Shown here in pieces: positions 28,758-32,000 of a stretch of DNA of 32,000 nt. This DNA comes from Promethearchaeum syntrophicum (lineage in GTDB: Archaea; Asgardarchaeota; Lokiarchaeia; Sigyniarchaeales; Promethearchaeaceae). The stretch's first letter is position 1; each line of letters opens with the position of its first letter. The stretch covers positions 2,640,001-2,672,000 of the forward strand of contig NZ_CP042905.2 of NCBI RefSeq assembly GCF_008000775.2. The letters run 5' to 3'. A program made the position numbers and the translations under genes. The notes beneath the pieces are model-generated. The model did not search any database and was not told the DNA's origin. It saw only the letters and a list, made by a program, of their open reading frames with translations.

Positions 28758-29255
28758 ATGGAGTTTTATAATCAAGAATCAAATTGTGTATTTTGCACAT
28801 CTTATGCTCTTTATAAAGCACAACAAAAAATTTTATACGAAAATGAAGGAGCATATGCATTTTTAAGCTATAAACCTTCAAATTTTGGACATTCAATGAT
28901 TGTTGTGAAGCCTCACATTATTTCCCTTAGAGAATTACAGTCACCGGCAGTAAATCTATTCTTCAATGCAATTGAAAATACATATTATGCATTGAAAAAA
29001 ATAATCACAGAAAGTCCCCAAAAAATTATGAATTTTTATCAAAATTTATTAATCGATCCCCCGGAACAAGAATCAGTAGAATGTGCACAACTCCAAATAA
29101 AAAAAGGAGTACCGCTAACTTCACCAAAAGGGTTCAATTGGGGAATGAATTATGGATATAAGGCAGGTCAACGAGTAGCTCATCTACACATTCATCTGTT
29201 CCCCCGTTATAATGGGTTAGGAATAGCTACAGCTATGCGAAAACATCTAAACTAA
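28758..29255 (+). CDS. HIT (histidine triad) family nucleotide hydrolase/transferase with an internal insertion
   Basis: The N-terminus CVFC...ILYENEGAYAFLSYKPSNFGHSMIVVKPH and the histidine triad AHLHIHLFPR are present. About 35 extra residues (SPQKIMNFYQNLLIDPPEQESVECAQLQIKKGVPLTSPK) lie between the central helix and the GFNWG..AGQ block, judged against my recollection of typical HIT proteins. Confidence 0.8.
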   Translation: MEFYNQESNCVFCTSYALYKAQQKILYENEGAYAFLSYKPSNFGHSMIVVKPHIISLRELQSPAVNLFFNAIENTYYALKKIITESPQKIMNFYQNLLIDPPEQESVECAQLQIKKGVPLTSPKGFNWGMNYGYKAGQRVAHLHIHLFPRYNGLGIATAMRKHLN

Positions 29256-29340
29256 AGAAAAAATGAAAAAATGTATGAAATTTCAATTTGAGATTTGGAT
29301 TATTATTCAGTGTTTAGTCGGGTAAAAATATTTTTTAATA

Positions 29341-30558
29341 TCAAAATGGTTCAATCATAAAGGGATCTTTGCGAGGGAACCAATCTTGAAGCAATTTTAG
29401 CTCTTCAGGGTTCACTCCGGTGATCCATTTAAAATATTGAATTTCTTCTATTGGCAAAGTTCCATAAATTAACGCTGACAATCCCTTAATAGTTATTTGG
29501 ATCTTGCAAGTAGATGGTGTTGAATCCACTGCTAATATTTTGAGTTTTCCCTCTATTTCTTTAAGAGAATACACCTTTTCATTCCATTTACAATCAGGAT
29601 CCTGTACCTGAATTTGAATTTCCCCGCTTCTAGATAGCGGAAGATCTTGTAAACATCTCTCAACATTTAATATCCTAAACATAGTTACCATTTCAAAATT
29701 CATTTTTACTTTAGTAAATCCATTTATCCATGAATAATAATGCGAATGATTTGGATTGATTTGCATTTGCACTCGAATAATTTGATCACTATTGAGGTAG
29801 AGATAATTAAATAAGCAAGATCGTGCTTCAGCTGAAGACCAGTACATATCTGAAATGTGAATTGTTCCTATGTTATCTTCCCCAAATAGACGATCCCCAA
29901 ATCCTTCATTTTTACAAATCATGAGCGCTTCAGGAATATTTTTTGGATTATATGCAACAATTAAATATCCCCTACTATTAGAATAAGCAGCCTGCCACCT
30001 ACCTTGATTTCGTATAACCCCTCCATGAATAGACAAAATAGCGTTATCTACAAAATCTCTATAAATTTCTTTCCCTTGTTCAGGTTTAATTCGCTCAATT
30101 CGATACCCATCTGGTAAATTTTTCCATTTTTTTAGCATTTTCGGGTTAAATTCCAAAGATGGAATTGGATTGGCTTTAATATAATTAAATTTCGCGTAAA
30201 ATTCATCTTTAAACGGATACAATGTAGAACAAACTATTCCTTTCTCATACATTTCTTGAAAAATTTCACGTATTAGTTGACGAATATGCCCTTTTCTTCG
30301 TTTTTCAGGAGCACTAGTAAAGTTAGCAAATCCAACCATCGGTTTTAATACTCCACGAATATTTTGCTTAAATTCTATTGCTCGAACATTTCCGATGTGA
30401 ACTTCATCTTCTAAAATTGAATAATATTCGTCTTTAAATTTTTCGAATTTTTCTTTAAATCGCTCAAGTGAACTCGTTGGATAATCATAACAAATTTGAA
30501 GTAAATCGCAAATTTTATCCTTTTCATCCAAATCAGACTTTTTTATTACAATACTCAT
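29341..30558 (-). CDS. Eis-like GNAT N-acetyltransferase (GNAT domain plus C-terminal SCP2-like region)
   Basis: At 405 aa it matches Eis-type proteins. The acetyl-CoA motif A-like block is PEKRRKGHIRQLIREIFQEMYEKG. The family call is by pattern only. Confidence 0.55.
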   Translation of the reverse strand: MSIVIKKSDLDEKDKICDLLQICYDYPTSSLERFKEKFEKFKDEYYSILEDEVHIGNVRAIEFKQNIRGVLKPMVGFANFTSAPEKRRKGHIRQLIREIFQEMYEKGIVCSTLYPFKDEFYAKFNYIKANPIPSLEFNPKMLKKWKNLPDGYRIERIKPEQGKEIYRDFVDNAILSIHGGVIRNQGRWQAAYSNSRGYLIVAYNPKNIPEALMICKNEGFGDRLFGEDNIGTIHISDMYWSSAEARSCLFNYLYLNSDQIIRVQMQINPNHSHYYSWINGFTKVKMNFEMVTMFRILNVERCLQDLPLSRSGEIQIQVQDPDCKWNEKVYSLKEIEGKLKILAVDSTPSTCKIQITIKGLSALIYGTLPIEEIQYFKWITGVNPEELKLLQDWFPRKDPFMIEPF

Positions 30559-30670
30559 ATTTTCTTCACGTTCAATGAATAGTAAATAATTTAAAATAGT
30601 TTCTTATAAGATTTTCTGAACTAGAAATTTTAAAAAAAAAAGGTATTGGATGAGAATTTTAGTATAATTG

Positions 30671-31705
30671 TTATTGGAGACCAATATTTATATCTACTGA
30701 TCCAACATTTGCATTTGCATTTATTTGCATGAGTTCCGCTAAAGAACTCGCAAATTCAGGAGATTCGTAATAACCAGTAACAAAATCCCAGTCATAGCGA
30801 TTAAAATCTTCATCTCCAATATCAGCTTCTAAGGCAACTTGGTATTTCATCAATAAATCGGTAGCGACTATATCAATATCAATTTCGCCCACATCATTCT
30901 CAACATTTATTATAACATCTGCACCTAACGAGATAGTTTGGGTCCATGCAAGATTAATTTCACCAGCATTTGAAGAGATATCCATAACAGTATTATTAAC
31001 AAGTTGAATATCAGCAAAATCTAAATTGACTGCACCAGCATTATTGGATGCTGAGAAAGCTCCATCAATCATCACATTATTTAAATTAATATTCATTTCT
31101 CCTGCATTGGATGTTAAAATGAAATCACTTTCAATATCGATCGAATCTAAATTAATATCTATTTGTCCTGCATTTGCATTGACTGAAAATTCATTAAAGG
31201 TAATATTATTTGCCTCAATTTCTATAGATCCTGCTTGTAAATCTACATTTAATCCATAAACTATATAATCTGGATTTAAATAAACTGTAAAATTCCAATT
31301 ATCAATATTGATAATTTCATTACTTGGATAATTAACATAAACTAATATTGAAAGAGTGTCGTTAACTGTTGTGTTAGATACACTAATTTCAATATCTTCT
31401 TCAATATCTTCCCGAATATTATAATTTACATCCCAATCGGCATCCAATAATTTTTGTGATCCTTGTGGTAGTAACCTAATATCATACTCTCCAACATCTG
31501 CTTGTACGTCTAGAGCAATTTCTGAGATATTAACATGGTTTGAGACCATTAAGTCATAACTCCCTTCTTGATTTTTGGGAGTGAGATTTCCTGCTGGCAA
31601 TGGACCGTAAAAGACAAAGTACCAAAATACAATGATACCAATGATACCAATTATTTTGATTATCGTTGGTATTCCGTTGCTTGATTTTTTATTATTTTCA
31701 CTCAT
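30671..31705 (-). CDS. Membrane-anchored protein with repeated NAGxxN(I/L) beta-helix units (DUF4097 / toastrack / putative-adhesin-like)
   Basis: The N-terminal TM anchor is IPTIIKIIGIIGIIVFWYFVF. Repeated units follow: ANAGQIDINL, SNAGEMNINL, NNAGAVNLDF, SNAGEINLAW, NDVGEIDIDI and ANVGSVDINI. Confidence 0.45.
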   Translation of the reverse strand: MSENNKKSSNGIPTIIKIIGIIGIIVFWYFVFYGPLPAGNLTPKNQEGSYDLMVSNHVNISEIALDVQADVGEYDIRLLPQGSQKLLDADWDVNYNIREDIEEDIEISVSNTTVNDTLSILVYVNYPSNEIINIDNWNFTVYLNPDYIVYGLNVDLQAGSIEIEANNITFNEFSVNANAGQIDINLDSIDIESDFILTSNAGEMNINLNNVMIDGAFSASNNAGAVNLDFADIQLVNNTVMDISSNAGEINLAWTQTISLGADVIINVENDVGEIDIDIVATDLLMKYQVALEADIGDEDFNRYDWDFVTGYYESPEFASSLAELMQINANANVGSVDINIGLQ

Positions 31706-31916
31706 TATGTTTCACTATTTTAGTGCTAATATTATGAAACGAAGGATAGTATCTAAAAATAGTTTAGACCGATTTTTAGCAATTTCTTCTAAAACAATAA
31801 AATTCAGTGATTCATTAAAATGAAAAAAAAAATGTAATTTGGAATCTTGAATCATAAAAGAATAGATTTAAATTAAAGAAAGATAGAAAAAGAAAAATTA
31901 ATAAAAAAAAAGACCG

Positions 31917-32000
31917 TTAAGAGAAACAGAGGTTTTCTACACCACTGGTGCAAAAATGTAAATCTCTCCATTTAATCTTCACTATTGTTATTTTAATCAC
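31917..32000 (-). CDS. Possible 3' end (27 codons) of a minus-strand gene running off the right edge
   Basis: The reverse frame is open from the window edge (VIKITIVKIKWRDLHFCTSGVENLCFS*). Its stop at 31917-31919 is followed 5 nt later by a T9 run on the minus strand (plus-strand A9 at 31903-31911). A 27-codon open frame is only weakly significant in AT-rich DNA. Confidence 0.3.
   Translation of the reverse strand: MIKITIVKIKWRDLHFCTSGVENLCFS

Overview
The window is an AT-rich chromosomal segment, roughly 30% G+C by eye (not computed). It carries 21 complete protein-coding genes plus two partial genes at the window edges. I found no rRNA, tRNA, CRISPR array, transposase or integrase. Several signals suggest an archaeon, possibly Asgard/Lokiarchaeia-like, but this is inference only:
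- an ADP-forming acetyl-CoA synthetase alpha subunit;
- oligo-T runs directly after stop codons;
- GGAGG ribosome-binding sites;
- N/K/I-rich proteins;
- very large sequon-rich surface proteins with C-terminal membrane anchors.

Layout, left to right:
- aminotransferase (5' partial) and a VOC/glyoxalase-fold protein;
- a 7x PKD-repeat surface protein;
- a 1610-aa FG-GAP (integrin-alpha-like) type-I surface giant, translationally coupled to an orphan 371-aa cytoplasmic protein;
- ACD alpha subunit and a GH13-like glycosidase;
- an orphan Eco57I/PglX-type N6-adenine DNA methyltransferase;
- a 7-TM protein, a coiled-coil/proline-rich repeat protein and a GldG/IFT52-like (DUF4350) protein;
- purA;
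- an ECF transporter operon in T, fused A-A, S order;
- three tandem, diverged cofactor-dependent phosphoglycerate mutase paralogs;
- a Zn-ribbon-RDD protein, an MFS transporter, a HIT protein, an Eis-like GNAT and a membrane-anchored beta-helix-repeat protein.

The most interesting candidates are:
1. the surface-giant and cytoplasmic-partner pair (4472-10422);
2. the proline-rich protein with a GC-rich 27-nt tandem repeat, together with its neighbours (16263-18965);
3. the triplicated gpmA-type genes, which differ at active-site motifs and C-terminal tails.

The ORF track takes the most upstream ATG, GTG or TTG as the start. I corrected several starts (purA, RDD, MFS, the GldG-like gene). Several genes appear to use GTG or TTG starts.
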